A stretch of DNA of 57,802 bases from NCBI GenBank assembly GCA_038150265.1, contig JAYOTF010000009.1, forward strand, positions 1 through 57,802, written 5' to 3'. The notes beneath the pieces were generated by a model that saw only the letters and a program-made list of their open reading frames with translations, ran no database searches and was not told where the DNA came from. Below, piece after piece: positions 28,806 through 38,538 of the stretch. The position numbers and the translations under genes are program-made. How positions within the stretch are numbered: position 1 is the stretch's first letter; every line of letters starts with the position of its first letter. This stretch comes from Deltaproteobacteria bacterium (lineage in GTDB: Bacteria; SAR324; NAC60-12).

Positions 28806-29902
28806 GACAGGCTGGGGGAAAGCAGCGCAGGAGCGTCACGGAGGGCCGCTTCAGCCTCTTGAAGAAACCGGGCCACGACGGCTGCCGCAGGTTCGGCGGG
28901 ACCGCTCAGAGCGGCGGCCTGCCCGGCCCAGAAGGCGGAGAAGGCGAAGTCTCCCTGCTGGGCGGCGGCGGCGGCCAGGGCCTTCCCGACCGAGTAGGCT
29001 TCCGGGTAGCCTGGTGGCAGTGGACCGGCCTGAGCTTCCTGCACAAAGCGGTTCACGAGTCCACGGGCAGAACGTCCGGAGAAGGCCCGGGTGAGGGCCG
29101 TGTGTTGGGCCGCTGGCGAGCGCAGGGCTTCTCGGTGAGCCGCACTGGCTGAGGACTCCGGACAGGCGATGAAGGCGGTTCCGACCTGAGCTCCAGCAGC
29201 ACCGAGGATCAAGGCGGCCGCGAGGCTGCGTCCGTTGGCAATTCCTCCTGCAGCAATGACCGGAATCCGGACCGCCTGGGCAACCTGAGGCACAAGCGCC
29301 AGGGTACCGATTTGCTCATCCTGATCAGCGCTGAAGTGCCCTCGGTGCCCTCCAGCTTCGGCTCCTTGTGCCACCAGCAGGTCCACGCCCAGGGCTTCTG
29401 CTTGCTGAGCCTCTGCAACGGTCGTCACGCAGGCGAGCACCAGGCTTCCCTCCTGCTGCAAGGCCTGCAGAAACGCCCGGTCGGGCAGACCAAAGTGGAA
29501 GCTGACCACAGGCAGCCGGGCCCGCAGCAGCACTTCCTGCTTCTCGGGATCCTCGCCAATGGTGCGGTAAGGCGTGGTCAGGTGCTCCGGAACCGGGGCT
29601 CCGAATTCGGCAAAGTACGGCGCAAGGAAGGCGAGCCACTGCTGCTCGTGTTCCGGATCTCGGTGTTCGGGCTGGTGGGCAAAGACGTTGACATTGAAGG
29701 GGGCCGAGGTCTGCGCCCGGACCTCGTGGATGAGGGCCGCCGTGGCTTCTGCAGAAACGGCGCCCACGGCAAGAGACCCCAAACCGCCCGCGTTGGAAAC
29801 TGCAGCCGCGAGTGACGGCGTGGAGACCCCGGCCATCGGGGCCTGCACCAATGGCACACGAAGGCCCAATTGGGCACAGAACTGCTGAGAAGGAACGGTC
29901 AT
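28802..29902 (-). CDS. nitronate monooxygenase family flavoprotein
   Basis: QAPMAG, SFHFG, QGAEAGGHRG, AAGGI, GTAF. Confidence 0.9.
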   Translation of the reverse strand: MTVPSQQFCAQLGLRVPLVQAPMAGVSTPSLAAAVSNAGGLGSLAVGAVSAEATAALIHEVRAQTSAPFNVNVFAHQPEHRDPEHEQQWLAFLAPYFAEFGAPVPEHLTTPYRTIGEDPEKQEVLLRARLPVVSFHFGLPDRAFLQALQQEGSLVLACVTTVAEAQQAEALGVDLLVAQGAEAGGHRGHFSADQDEQIGTLALVPQVAQAVRIPVIAAGGIANGRSLAAALILGAAGAQVGTAFIACPESSASAAHREALRSPAAQHTALTRAFSGRSARGLVNRFVQEAQAGPLPPGYPEAYSVGKALAAAAAQQGDFAFSAFWAGQAAALSGPAEPAAAVVARFLQEAEAALRDAPALLSPSLS

Positions 29903-30441
29903 ACGCGTCCGGACACGGTGTCGTAGACGGTGCGCTTGACCGGCTTGACGTGAGACGGATCGACCTGGATCTTGACGGATCCGGGAATGGAATCCACATG
30001 AATGCCGAGAAAGCGACGGTCAGCTTCATCAACGAGGCCACGCAGGCCGGTCAGGGGGCCTTCCACCACAACGACCTCTTCTCCCACTTCAAAGGTTGGG
30101 GCCTGAAAGACCTCGCCGACGTGGTGCTCCAGCAGCCGGACGTTTTCAATCTGATCGGCAGGCACCGGAGTCGGGCCATGGCTGGTCTGGAGCAACTCGA
30201 TGACTCCCTGCGTTTTCAGGATTTCCAGGTGCCGCTCCGGGTTCAGCTCCACATGCAGGAACATGTACCCGACAAAGATGGGGCGAATGAGGATCTTCTT
30301 CCGGTCCCGGCGCCTGCTCTCGACCTGGTAGGTGGGATTGAGGACCTCAAACTGCTTCCGCTGCAACCCCAGCAGCACCAGCTTTTCTGCGTTGGACCGA
30401 ATTCGGGCGACGTACCATTGTTCTCCGGGAACGTACTCCAT
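29899..30441 (-). CDS. NusG paralog (UpxY/RfaH/LoaP-type antiterminator)
   Basis: NGN domain WYVARIRSNAEK...PIFVGYMF; KOW VGEEVVVVEGPLTGLRG. Confidence 0.85.
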   Translation of the reverse strand: MEYVPGEQWYVARIRSNAEKLVLLGLQRKQFEVLNPTYQVESRRRDRKKILIRPIFVGYMFLHVELNPERHLEILKTQGVIELLQTSHGPTPVPADQIENVRLLEHHVGEVFQAPTFEVGEEVVVVEGPLTGLRGLVDEADRRFLGIHVDSIPGSVKIQVDPSHVKPVKRTVYDTVSGRV

Positions 30442-30640
30442 AATGAAATGACTCTTAGACGGATGAGTAATTTGTGGGCTGTCCAATTCAGGAGGGACCA
30501 GTATTCAATCCGAATCAGAAAATCGCAATCCGAGAACAGGGCTGCTCAGGCTTGAGACTTTCAGTAGGCGAGAGGAGCAAGGGGCGGTTCCGGAAGGAGA
30601 GCGGCCTGGGACGTCTCACGTAGAAAAGGGATGGGGCGTG

Positions 30641-30686
30641 ACCGCAAAAAACAGGTGTTCCGGAGGCTGGCGGGGGCCTCCGGAAC
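30641..30686 (-). terminator. probable intrinsic terminator of copA
   Basis: 11-bp perfect stem gttccggaggc-N8-gcctccggaac (30657-30686) followed by a T run on the minus strand. Confidence 0.6.
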
Positions 30687-30694
30687 GGCGGGAA

Positions 30695-32947
30695 TCAGAA
30701 GCGGAAGGTCCGGAGGCGAAGGGCATTGAGGACCACAGAGACTGAACTCAGCGCCATGGCGGTTGCCGCAAACATCGGGTGCAGTCCGGGACCGCCAAAT
30801 GGAATGAGCAGGCCCGCCGCAACGGGGATGCCGATGACGTTGTAGGCAAAGGCCCAGAAGAGATTTTGCCGGATGTTCCGGAGGGTCGAGCGGCTCAGGC
30901 GGATGGCACCAGAAACGTGACGGAGGTCGTTTTGAGTGAGGACCACATCAGCCGTCTCCAGTGCGACGTCGGTGCCGGCACCCATGGCGATGCCGACGTT
31001 TGCCTGGGCCAGCGCTGGGGCATCGTTGACGCCATCTCCAATCATGGCCACCTGTCGGCCTTCGCTTTGGTAGTGCTGCGCGATCTGGGGTTTTTCTTCT
31101 GGCAAAACGCCTGCGTGGTAGCGCTCAATCCCGAGTTCTTTTGCGACCGCCTGCACCGCAGAGGAGCGGTCGCCTGTCAGCATCACCACCTCGATTCCCG
31201 ACTGCTGAAGCGTACGCAGGGCCTCGGCGGTTTCTTTCCGGATCTGATCGGCGAGCCAGAGGGTTCCTTGCCACTGCCCCTCACGAGCCAGTTCCAGCGG
31301 AATGGCACCGGGGACGTCTTTCGTGTGGCCGGGCAGGGAAACGCCTTGCGCCTGAAGGTACTCGGCGTGTCCGACCTGCAGGAGGCTGCCTTCGAGCCGA
31401 GCGGAGACCCCCTGGCCTCGGATGGCCTGAAACTCGGTGACGGGTAGCAGCGGGATCTGTTGCTCCTGAGCGGCTGTGATCACAGCGCGTCCCAGCGGGT
31501 GCTCGGAGTTCTGTTCGGCGGCGGTCGCCCACTTCAGCAGGTCCCTGCTTGCCACCCCCGGAGCCGGTGTCACGTCCACCAGCTTCAGGCGTCCCTCGGT
31601 GAGGGTGCCCGTCTTGTCGCAGAGGATCGTGTCAACGGCATGGAGGGCTTCAAGCGCGGGGGCATTCCGGAAGAGGATGCCGTGTCGGGCGCCGACTCCG
31701 GAGGAAACAAGGATGGCGATGGGGGTGGCGAGTCCCAGCGCACATGGGCAGGCAATGACCAGGACTGCGATGGTGTGGATGAGGACCTCGGTTTGTGAAG
31801 CTCCCGCCCACCACCAACCCAGCGCGGTCAGCGCAGCAATCAGGAGCACCACCGGGACAAAAATCGCTGCAACCTGATCGGCCAACCGAGCAATGGGAGC
31901 CTTGCTGAGCTGCGCCTGTTCGACCATCTTGATGATGCGCGCCAGGGTGCTCTGGCTTCCAGCTCGCAGCACCCGGAAGGTGAGGACGCCCTGCTGATTG
32001 ATGGTGCCGCCAGTGACGGGGGCTTCCGGAGCCTTGGACACGGGCAGAGGCTCTCCCGTCAGCATGGACTCGTCGACACGACTTTCCCCTTCCACAACGA
32101 TGCCATCGGCTGGAATGATTTCACCGGGTCGGACCTTGAGGAGGTCTCCGGGGTGAACCTGGTCGATGGCAATGGCAAACTCCTCGCCGTTGTGGACCTG
32201 GGTGGCCAGTTTGGGGCGCAGGCGGAGCAGGGCGCTGATGGCTTCCGAGGCCCGAGCGCGGCTGCGGGTTTCCAGCATCTTTCCGAGGAGGATCAAGGCC
32301 AGAATGACCGCAGCGGTTTCAAAGAAGAAGCGATCTTCTGCCGGCGCGACCAGCAGGTTCCAGGCGCTGAGTCCCACGGCTGCTCCGGAACCGATCATGA
32401 CGAGCGCGTCCATGGTGGGGCTTCGGTGGAGCAGGGACTGCGTGCCACGGATGAAGAAGGAGCGCCCTGCCCAAAGCACCGGAAGGGTCAGCAGCAGCTG
32501 AAGCCCCCCCCACGTCTGAGGGTTGGTGTGCGGAGACAGCACCTCGGGGAAGGGAACTCCGAGCATGGGGAGCATGGCGAGCAAGACGACCGGGAGCGCA
32601 AATCCAAGGGCGAGGATCGTGTTCTGACGGAGGCTTTGGTACTCCTGCTCACCGAGGTCGACGCGGGTGTCATCGGCCTCTTCCTCCACGAGTCGCTCCG
32701 CTTCATAACCCGCGTGCCGGATGGCGTCCACGAGGCCGTTGGGGCCAATTGCCTCCGGAGCATACTGGACCTTGGCCCGCCCAAGCGTCAGGTTGACCTG
32801 GACGTCTTCCACTCCCGGAAGGGCATGGAGGGCTTTCTCCACCGCACTCACACAGCCGACGCAGCGCAGGCCGCCGACGCGGAGTTCGCAGTCCTGATCG
32901 GCACGGGGGGATTCTGAAGAGGGGAGAGGGGATTCGGTTACAAGCAT
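30695..32947 (-). CDS. copA: Cu(I)-translocating P1B-type ATPase
   Basis: HMA CVGC, TGE, CPC, DKTGT, GDGVND, YN, MALSS; start at ATG 32947 fits the upstream promoter. Confidence 0.93.
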   Translation of the reverse strand: MLVTESPLPSSESPRADQDCELRVGGLRCVGCVSAVEKALHALPGVEDVQVNLTLGRAKVQYAPEAIGPNGLVDAIRHAGYEAERLVEEEADDTRVDLGEQEYQSLRQNTILALGFALPVVLLAMLPMLGVPFPEVLSPHTNPQTWGGLQLLLTLPVLWAGRSFFIRGTQSLLHRSPTMDALVMIGSGAAVGLSAWNLLVAPAEDRFFFETAAVILALILLGKMLETRSRARASEAISALLRLRPKLATQVHNGEEFAIAIDQVHPGDLLKVRPGEIIPADGIVVEGESRVDESMLTGEPLPVSKAPEAPVTGGTINQQGVLTFRVLRAGSQSTLARIIKMVEQAQLSKAPIARLADQVAAIFVPVVLLIAALTALGWWWAGASQTEVLIHTIAVLVIACPCALGLATPIAILVSSGVGARHGILFRNAPALEALHAVDTILCDKTGTLTEGRLKLVDVTPAPGVASRDLLKWATAAEQNSEHPLGRAVITAAQEQQIPLLPVTEFQAIRGQGVSARLEGSLLQVGHAEYLQAQGVSLPGHTKDVPGAIPLELAREGQWQGTLWLADQIRKETAEALRTLQQSGIEVVMLTGDRSSAVQAVAKELGIERYHAGVLPEEKPQIAQHYQSEGRQVAMIGDGVNDAPALAQANVGIAMGAGTDVALETADVVLTQNDLRHVSGAIRLSRSTLRNIRQNLFWAFAYNVIGIPVAAGLLIPFGGPGLHPMFAATAMALSSVSVVLNALRLRTFRF

Positions 32948-32989
32948 GGTCAGGTTTATGGGCTTTTCTGAAAAGGTCAACTGGTCCTC

Positions 32990-33018
32990 AGTGTATACCC
33001 CTGTAGGGTATATTTCAA
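32990..33018 (-). promoter_or_regulatory. sigma70 promoter of copA with CsoR-type operator
   Basis: Minus strand TTGAAA-N17-TACACT; inverted repeat TATACCC-N5-GGGTATA at 32994-33012. Confidence 0.8.
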
Positions 33019-33213
33019 GAGCGGTCTGGGGCAGGAACTTCAGGGAAAGGCTTTCAAAAAGAAAGAGGGGGCTCAGAAGGCGGATCCGGAGAGAGGGAAG
33101 GGGGGGAGGCGCTTTGAGTTTTTCCCTTGCAGTAATAGAGCTGTTTATGCTAGCTTTTGCGCTGTTTATCACCTCTTCTTCAGAGGCGAATTGAAACTCA
33201 ACGAGCCGTTCCC

Positions 33214-34119
33214 GTGCCCACCCCGACAAAAGCATATTCGCTAGAAGGCGTTGCACCACAAACGAACAAACTCGCCGACTACTGGGCGCTGACGAAGCCC
33301 CGGCTGCTGGGCATGGTGCTGCTGAGCGCAGCGCTGGGATTTAGCCTGGCTCCCCAGGCAGCAGAGCCGTTGGCGTTGCTGCACATGCTGATCGGAACCG
33401 CCCTGGTGGGGGCAGCAGCGCATGCGTTGAACCAGTGGTACGAGCGCATTCCGGACGGCCGCATGCCGCGAACCCGGAACCGCCCGTTGCCGGCAGGCCG
33501 CCTGAGTTCGGAAGAGGCGCTGCGATTTGGGGTGGGGTTGATGCTGGTGGGGCTGCTGTACCTGAGCCTGACCGTCAACTCGCTGACGGCGATTTTGGGC
33601 GGACTGACTCTTGCTTCTTACGTTTTGCTGTACACGCCCCTCAAGCAGGTGACGGCGCTGAACACCTGGATGGGGGCCATCACGGGGGCATTGCCACCGC
33701 TGATGGGCTGGGCTGCGGCGGCTGGAGAGATGAGTTGGCAGATGCTGCCGATCTTCCTGCTGATGTACTTCTGGCAACTGCCGCACTTCCTTGCGCTGGC
33801 CTGGGCCTTCCGGAAGGACTATGCGATGGGCGGGTTCCGCATGCTCTCCCTCGGAGATGACCAAGGCGTCCGGACGTCTCGTCAGATTGTACTCAATACC
33901 GTGATCCTGATTGCGGCGAGCCTGACCTTCAACTGGGCGGGGCAAGCCGACACGCTGTATCTGGTGAGCGCACTGGTTCTGGGTGGAGCCTTCCTTGCGG
34001 GCTCTCTTTGGTTCTGGCACCAACCGACTGTGGCCAAGGCGCGGACGGTGTTTTTGATTTCCATCATTTACCTGCCTCTGATTGCGATCGCGCTGGTCGT
34101 AGATAACTTCCTCATTTAA
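33214..34119 (+). CDS. ctaB: heme o synthase (protoheme IX farnesyltransferase)
   Basis: [37 protein letters not shown]; start uncertain. Confidence 0.94.
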   Translation: MPTPTKAYSLEGVAPQTNKLADYWALTKPRLLGMVLLSAALGFSLAPQAAEPLALLHMLIGTALVGAAAHALNQWYERIPDGRMPRTRNRPLPAGRLSSEEALRFGVGLMLVGLLYLSLTVNSLTAILGGLTLASYVLLYTPLKQVTALNTWMGAITGALPPLMGWAAAAGEMSWQMLPIFLLMYFWQLPHFLALAWAFRKDYAMGGFRMLSLGDDQGVRTSRQIVLNTVILIAASLTFNWAGQADTLYLVSALVLGGAFLAGSLWFWHQPTVAKARTVFLISIIYLPLIAIALVVDNFLI

Positions 34120-34134
34120 CCCGGAGAGCCCCTC

Positions 34135-34266
34135 ATGTCCCACGACAAGCATTCCATGCACCACACCCTGCCTCAGGAGGCCGACCAGCTGGTTTCCAAG
34201 GTTTTTGTTGTTACTGTCGCCGGCTGCGTCCTGTTCATGATGTCGGTCATTATCTTTGTCCTCTAA
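34135..34266 (+). CDS. 43-aa His/Met-rich single-TM small protein
   Basis: GGAG RBS; MSHDKHSMHHTLPQEADQLVSKVFVVTVAGCVLFMMSVIIFVL*; between ctaB and coxB. Confidence 0.7.
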   Translation: MSHDKHSMHHTLPQEADQLVSKVFVVTVAGCVLFMMSVIIFVL

Positions 34267-34303
34267 CCCTCCTTGCCGGAGTTAACCTCAAAAAGGTAGT
34301 TCC

Positions 34304-35092
34304 ATGCTTGATTACTTTATGCCCCAAGCGTCGACCTTCAGTGGAGACGTGGACAACGTGTTCCTGATGATCGTGTGGGTCGTGGGCTTCTGGTTTGTCC
34401 TGACCCTGGCGACGCTGGCGTACTTCATGATCCGCTACCGGCACCGTGAAGGCGTGAAGGCCTCGTACGTAACGGGTGAGAAGCACTCGGAAAACAAGTG
34501 GATCCATTATCCGCACTACGTCATCATTCTCTGTGACGTCGTGCTGATTGCAGGCTCCATTATGGTCTGGGTGAACGTGAAGCAGACCCTGCCTCCGAAG
34601 GATGACACCATCCGGGTGATTGGTCAGCAGTGGTCGTGGGCCTTCATCCACTCGGGTCCGGACGGTCAGTTGGACACGGAAGATGACATTTCCACCGTGA
34701 ACGACCTGCACGTGGAAGTGAACAAGGTGTATCACTTTGAGCTGCAGTCTCGGGACGTGTTGCACAACTTCTCGGTTCCGGCCTTCCGCCTGAAGCAGGA
34801 CATGATTCCGGGTCGAACGATCACCGGCTGGTTTGAAGCCACCCAGGTGGGCACGTACGATGTTCAGTGTGCTGAAATGTGCGGACACGGACACGGCATC
34901 ATGGGGGGCTCCATCACTGTTCATACCCCAGAAGACTACCAACGCACCATGGAAGCCATCAAGAATGGCACCTATGAGAGTGATTACTTGAAGCGACTCG
35001 AGAATGATCCGATTCCGATCGCTGCCAAGCGTCCCCAAGTGAGCCAGAACACCGTGAATGCGGGTGAGGAAAATCTGGTCAGCAGCAACTAA
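34304..35092 (+). CDS. coxB: cytochrome c oxidase subunit II
   Basis: QWSW, DVLHNF, CuA motif CAEMCGHGHGIM; no fused cytochrome c. Confidence 0.95.
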   Translation: MLDYFMPQASTFSGDVDNVFLMIVWVVGFWFVLTLATLAYFMIRYRHREGVKASYVTGEKHSENKWIHYPHYVIILCDVVLIAGSIMVWVNVKQTLPPKDDTIRVIGQQWSWAFIHSGPDGQLDTEDDISTVNDLHVEVNKVYHFELQSRDVLHNFSVPAFRLKQDMIPGRTITGWFEATQVGTYDVQCAEMCGHGHGIMGGSITVHTPEDYQRTMEAIKNGTYESDYLKRLENDPIPIAAKRPQVSQNTVNAGEENLVSSN

Positions 35093-35129
35093 CGCTTTCC
35101 CTATCATCTGAGATCCAAAAGGAGGATTG

Positions 35130-36848
35130 ATGAGTCAAACCGCAACGGTACAGCATCAGGAGGCCCACGCTCATGATGATCATCATCATGATCAGAGCTT
35201 CCTGAGCAAGTACATCTTCTCGGTGGATCACAAAGTGATCGGCCTGCAGTACATGTTCCTGGGGTTGCTGATGGCAGCCCTGGGGGGCTTCTTTGCCTAC
35301 GCCTTCCGGATGCAGCTCGCCTTTCCGGGAGAAGCCGTCCCTGGTTTCGGAGTCGTGAGCCCGGCAGAATACAACATGATGATCACCAACCACGGGACCA
35401 TCATGATCTTCTGGGTGGCGATGCCGGTTCTGATTGCCGCCTTCGGTAACTACCTGATCCCGCTGATGATCGGTTGTGACGACATGGCCTTCCCGCGGCT
35501 GAATCGCCTGTCGATTCAGGTGTTCTTCGTCAGCATCCTCGTGCTGCTGCTTTCCTACTTCGTGGAAGGGGGGGGATTCGGCGGAGCCTGGACGTCGTAC
35601 CCGCCGCTTTCTTCAGTGGCCGAGTACAGCCTCACCAACTGGGGCTCGTCTCTTTGGCTCCTTGCCGTGACGCTGGAGATCGTCGCCTTCCTGATTGGCG
35701 GAGTGAACTTCCTGACCACGACCATGAACTCCCGGGCACCGGGCATGAAGATGACCGACGTCCCGATCCTCGTGTGGACGATCAACATCGCCGTCATCAT
35801 GTTCATGGGCTCGGTGGGACCGCTGGTGGCCGGTGCCGTGATGCTGTTCATGGATCAGCGCCTGGGCACCACCTTCTTCCTGCCGTCGGCCGGGGGTGAC
35901 CCCGTCCTGTGGCAGCACCTGTTCTGGTTCTTCGGACACCCGGAAGTGTACGTCGTGCTCTTCCCGGCCATGGGCGTGGTGGCTGAGATCATCACCACCT
36001 TTGCCCGCAAGAAGCTGTTCGGCTACCGCGCGATCCTCTACACGATCATTGCAACCGGAGCCCTCTCCTTCATCGTCTGGGCGCACCACCAGTTCATCGC
36101 GGGCATTGACCCCCGGATGGCAAACATCTTCACCGTGACCACGGTTCTCATTTCGGTCCCCATTGCGGAGATGCTGTTCTGCTACATTGCGACCCTCTAC
36201 GGAGGATCCATCCGTTATGAGCTGCCGATGCTCTGGGCTGTGGCCTTCCTGGTGACCTTCCTGGTTGGAGGGGTAACGGGCATTCCGCTGGGTTCGAGTG
36301 GAACCGACCTGTTCTTCCACGATACCTACTTCGTGATTGCCCACTTCCACTACACCTTCTTCCCGATTGCGATCATTGCAATGTTCGCAGCGCTCTACTT
36401 CTGGTACCCAAAGATGTTTGGGCGCCACATGAACAAGACGCTGGGACTGATCCACTTCTGGGGAACCGTGATCTTCTTCAACGGGCTCTTCATGCCGCTC
36501 TTCCTCCTGGGAATGGCGGGCCAGCACCGACGGATCTACAACTACCAGCACTTCCCTGACCTGGCCTCTGCCGACCTTCAGGGCATCCGGATCTTCGCGA
36601 CGACGAGTCTGGTGCTGCTGCTGCTCTTCCAGATTCCGTTTGTCTGGAACTTCTTCTCCAGCATGTTTACTGGAGAGAAGGCCGAGGCGAACCCCTGGAA
36701 GGCCAACACGCTGGAATGGGCGGCGCCGTCGCCTCCTCCGCACGGGAACTTCAAGGAACTCCCGGTGGTTTACCGTGGACCGTACGAGTACAGCGTCCCC
36801 GGAAACCGTGAAGACTTCTGGCCCCAACACATGCCGGATCGCAACTGA
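35130..36848 (+). CDS. coxA: cytochrome c oxidase subunit I (A1-type GHPEVY)
   Basis: NHGTIM, WFFGHPEVY, WAHH, HDT, HFHY, RR. Confidence 0.96.
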   Translation: MSQTATVQHQEAHAHDDHHHDQSFLSKYIFSVDHKVIGLQYMFLGLLMAALGGFFAYAFRMQLAFPGEAVPGFGVVSPAEYNMMITNHGTIMIFWVAMPVLIAAFGNYLIPLMIGCDDMAFPRLNRLSIQVFFVSILVLLLSYFVEGGGFGGAWTSYPPLSSVAEYSLTNWGSSLWLLAVTLEIVAFLIGGVNFLTTTMNSRAPGMKMTDVPILVWTINIAVIMFMGSVGPLVAGAVMLFMDQRLGTTFFLPSAGGDPVLWQHLFWFFGHPEVYVVLFPAMGVVAEIITTFARKKLFGYRAILYTIIATGALSFIVWAHHQFIAGIDPRMANIFTVTTVLISVPIAEMLFCYIATLYGGSIRYELPMLWAVAFLVTFLVGGVTGIPLGSSGTDLFFHDTYFVIAHFHYTFFPIAIIAMFAALYFWYPKMFGRHMNKTLGLIHFWGTVIFFNGLFMPLFLLGMAGQHRRIYNYQHFPDLASADLQGIRIFATTSLVLLLLFQIPFVWNFFSSMFTGEKAEANPWKANTLEWAAPSPPPHGNFKELPVVYRGPYEYSVPGNREDFWPQHMPDRN

Positions 36849-36855
36849 GCAAGTG

Positions 36856-36875
36856 GCCCCCAGCTCGCTGGGGGC
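36856..36875. promoter_or_regulatory. intra-operon stem-loop after coxA
   Basis: gcccccagc-tc-gctgggggc; no U tract, possibly an mRNA stability element. Confidence 0.45.
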
Positions 36876-36914
36876 GTTGCCAGTCCCGCTTAATTTCTTT
36901 GAGAGAGTCGTTTC

Positions 36915-37496
36915 ATGTCAATGCAAGGACCCATTGCCACCGGCCGCTGTGCCACCGGCATCCCCTCTGCGCGCCTCGCAGTCTGGTGGTTGCTGGCCTC
37001 TGAGGTGTTCATCTTTGGCGGTCTGATTGCCGTCTTCCTGCTCTACAAGTTCAACGGTGCCCCCGGAATGGAGGACGCCTCCCTCACCGTCACCTGGGCA
37101 GGGGCCTTGAACACCTTTGTCCTGCTGACATCGAGTCTGACGATTGTGCTGGCCCATGATGCGGCTGAGCATGGAGATGGCCACAAGGCCTTCAAGTTCA
37201 CGTGGATCACCATCGCGGGTGGCCTGATCTTCATGTGTGTGAAGGCTTTTGAGTACTACAGCAAGATCTCCCATGGGGTGGGCTTCACGACCAACATCTT
37301 CTGGTCCTTCTACTTCACCATGACTGGCCTGCACGCGCTACACGTCATGGGCGGGATGATCATCATGGGGCTCGTGTCCTTTGACGTTCGCAAGGGACGG
37401 AACCTGCAGCGCACCGAGCTGGTGGGGCTGTACTGGCACTTTGTGGACATCGTCTGGATCTTCCTCTTCCCCATGCTTTACATCGCTAACTTCTGA
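36915..37496 (+). CDS. cytochrome c oxidase subunit III family protein (copy 1)
   Basis: LASEVFIFG, TGLHALHV, YWHFVDIVW. Confidence 0.92.
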   Translation: MSMQGPIATGRCATGIPSARLAVWWLLASEVFIFGGLIAVFLLYKFNGAPGMEDASLTVTWAGALNTFVLLTSSLTIVLAHDAAEHGDGHKAFKFTWITIAGGLIFMCVKAFEYYSKISHGVGFTTNIFWSFYFTMTGLHALHVMGGMIIMGLVSFDVRKGRNLQRTELVGLYWHFVDIVWIFLFPMLYIANF

Positions 37497-37504
37497 GGCG
37501 CCTT

Positions 37505-37921
37505 ATGTCAGAGTCTGCACACGCACATCCTAATTACGTCAAGATTTGGGCGATTCTGCTCGGCCTGCTCATCGTCAGCCTGATTGGTCCGGAGATTGGG
37601 CATGCGTTTGACGCGCCCTGGATCATCGTGGTCACTGCATTCGGAATTGCAGTCGTGAAGGCCTACATGGTCTGCGCCGATTTCATGCATTTACGTTTTG
37701 AAAAGAAAATTGTCTGGTTCCTGCTGCTGGCGTCCTTGATTGTGATTAGTGCAGTATTCTTCTTTGGGGTGGCTTCGGACGTCATCAAGACGACGGGGCA
37801 GAACTGGGAAGACTGCGTTGCCAATAAAACCTGCACGGTTGAGCAGCGAATCATTGTGACGCCTCACACATACGCTGAAGTTTCTGCTGCTCACGACGCA
37901 CAGACTCATAGCGGCCAATGA
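37505..37921 (+). CDS. cytochrome c oxidase subunit IV family protein with C-terminal extension
   Basis: YVKIW, VKAYMVCADFMHLRFE. Confidence 0.85.
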   Translation: MSESAHAHPNYVKIWAILLGLLIVSLIGPEIGHAFDAPWIIVVTAFGIAVVKAYMVCADFMHLRFEKKIVWFLLLASLIVISAVFFFGVASDVIKTTGQNWEDCVANKTCTVEQRIIVTPHTYAEVSAAHDAQTHSGQ

Positions 37922-38538
37922 ACCTTTCCCTCTTAGTCGGGCTTGTTGTGGAGCCGTCCCGTGACGGGGCTGCTCCCGCTCGCCAGGCTCCCCTGGTGCC
38001 CAGCTCCGTGTTCGCCGTCCTGGCGTTCATTGTGACGGAGCTGATGCTCTTTGCCTCCCTGATCAGCGCCTACATCATCATCCGCTCCGGCATTGACGAG
38101 TGGCCTCCCTGGGGACAGCCTCGTCTGCCGGTTTGGAGTACCGCCTTCAACTCGCTGGTGCTGCTGGGGAGTGGGGTGCTGATGTTTCTGGCAGGACGGC
38201 ACCTGAAGACCGACCGCAGTCAGGTCTACCGCCTGATGGGCATGAGCATTGCGGCGGGTGTGTTCTTTCTGGTTTTTCAGGGATTTGAGTGGGCGCAGCT
38301 GCTGGCCTACGGCTTGACCGTGACCTCGAGCAATTACGGGGGCATGTTCTACCTGATCATTGGCATGCATGGCCTGCACGTCCTCACCGCTGTGATGGCG
38401 ATGGTCTATACCTGGATGCGCCTGGCGCCCAATGCCAAGAAACCCCTGACCGATGACGGTTTCCGGGCCATGGAAGTCTTCTGGTACTTCGTGGTGGGAA
38501 TCTGGCCGGTCCTTTATGTGCTGGTGTACCTCGCATGA
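37918..38538 (+). CDS. cytochrome c oxidase subunit III family protein (copy 2)
   Basis: TELMLFASL, WPP, GMHGLHV, FWYFVVGIW. Confidence 0.88.
   Translation: MNLSLLVGLVVEPSRDGAAPARQAPLVPSSVFAVLAFIVTELMLFASLISAYIIIRSGIDEWPPWGQPRLPVWSTAFNSLVLLGSGVLMFLAGRHLKTDRSQVYRLMGMSIAAGVFFLVFQGFEWAQLLAYGLTVTSSNYGGMFYLIIGMHGLHVLTAVMAMVYTWMRLAPNAKKPLTDDGFRAMEVFWYFVVGIWPVLYVLVYLA

Noticed and set aside
32948..33259. 104-aa N-terminal extension of CopA in the ORF track
   Set aside because: Spans the promoter and operator and overlaps ctaB; start reassigned to 32947
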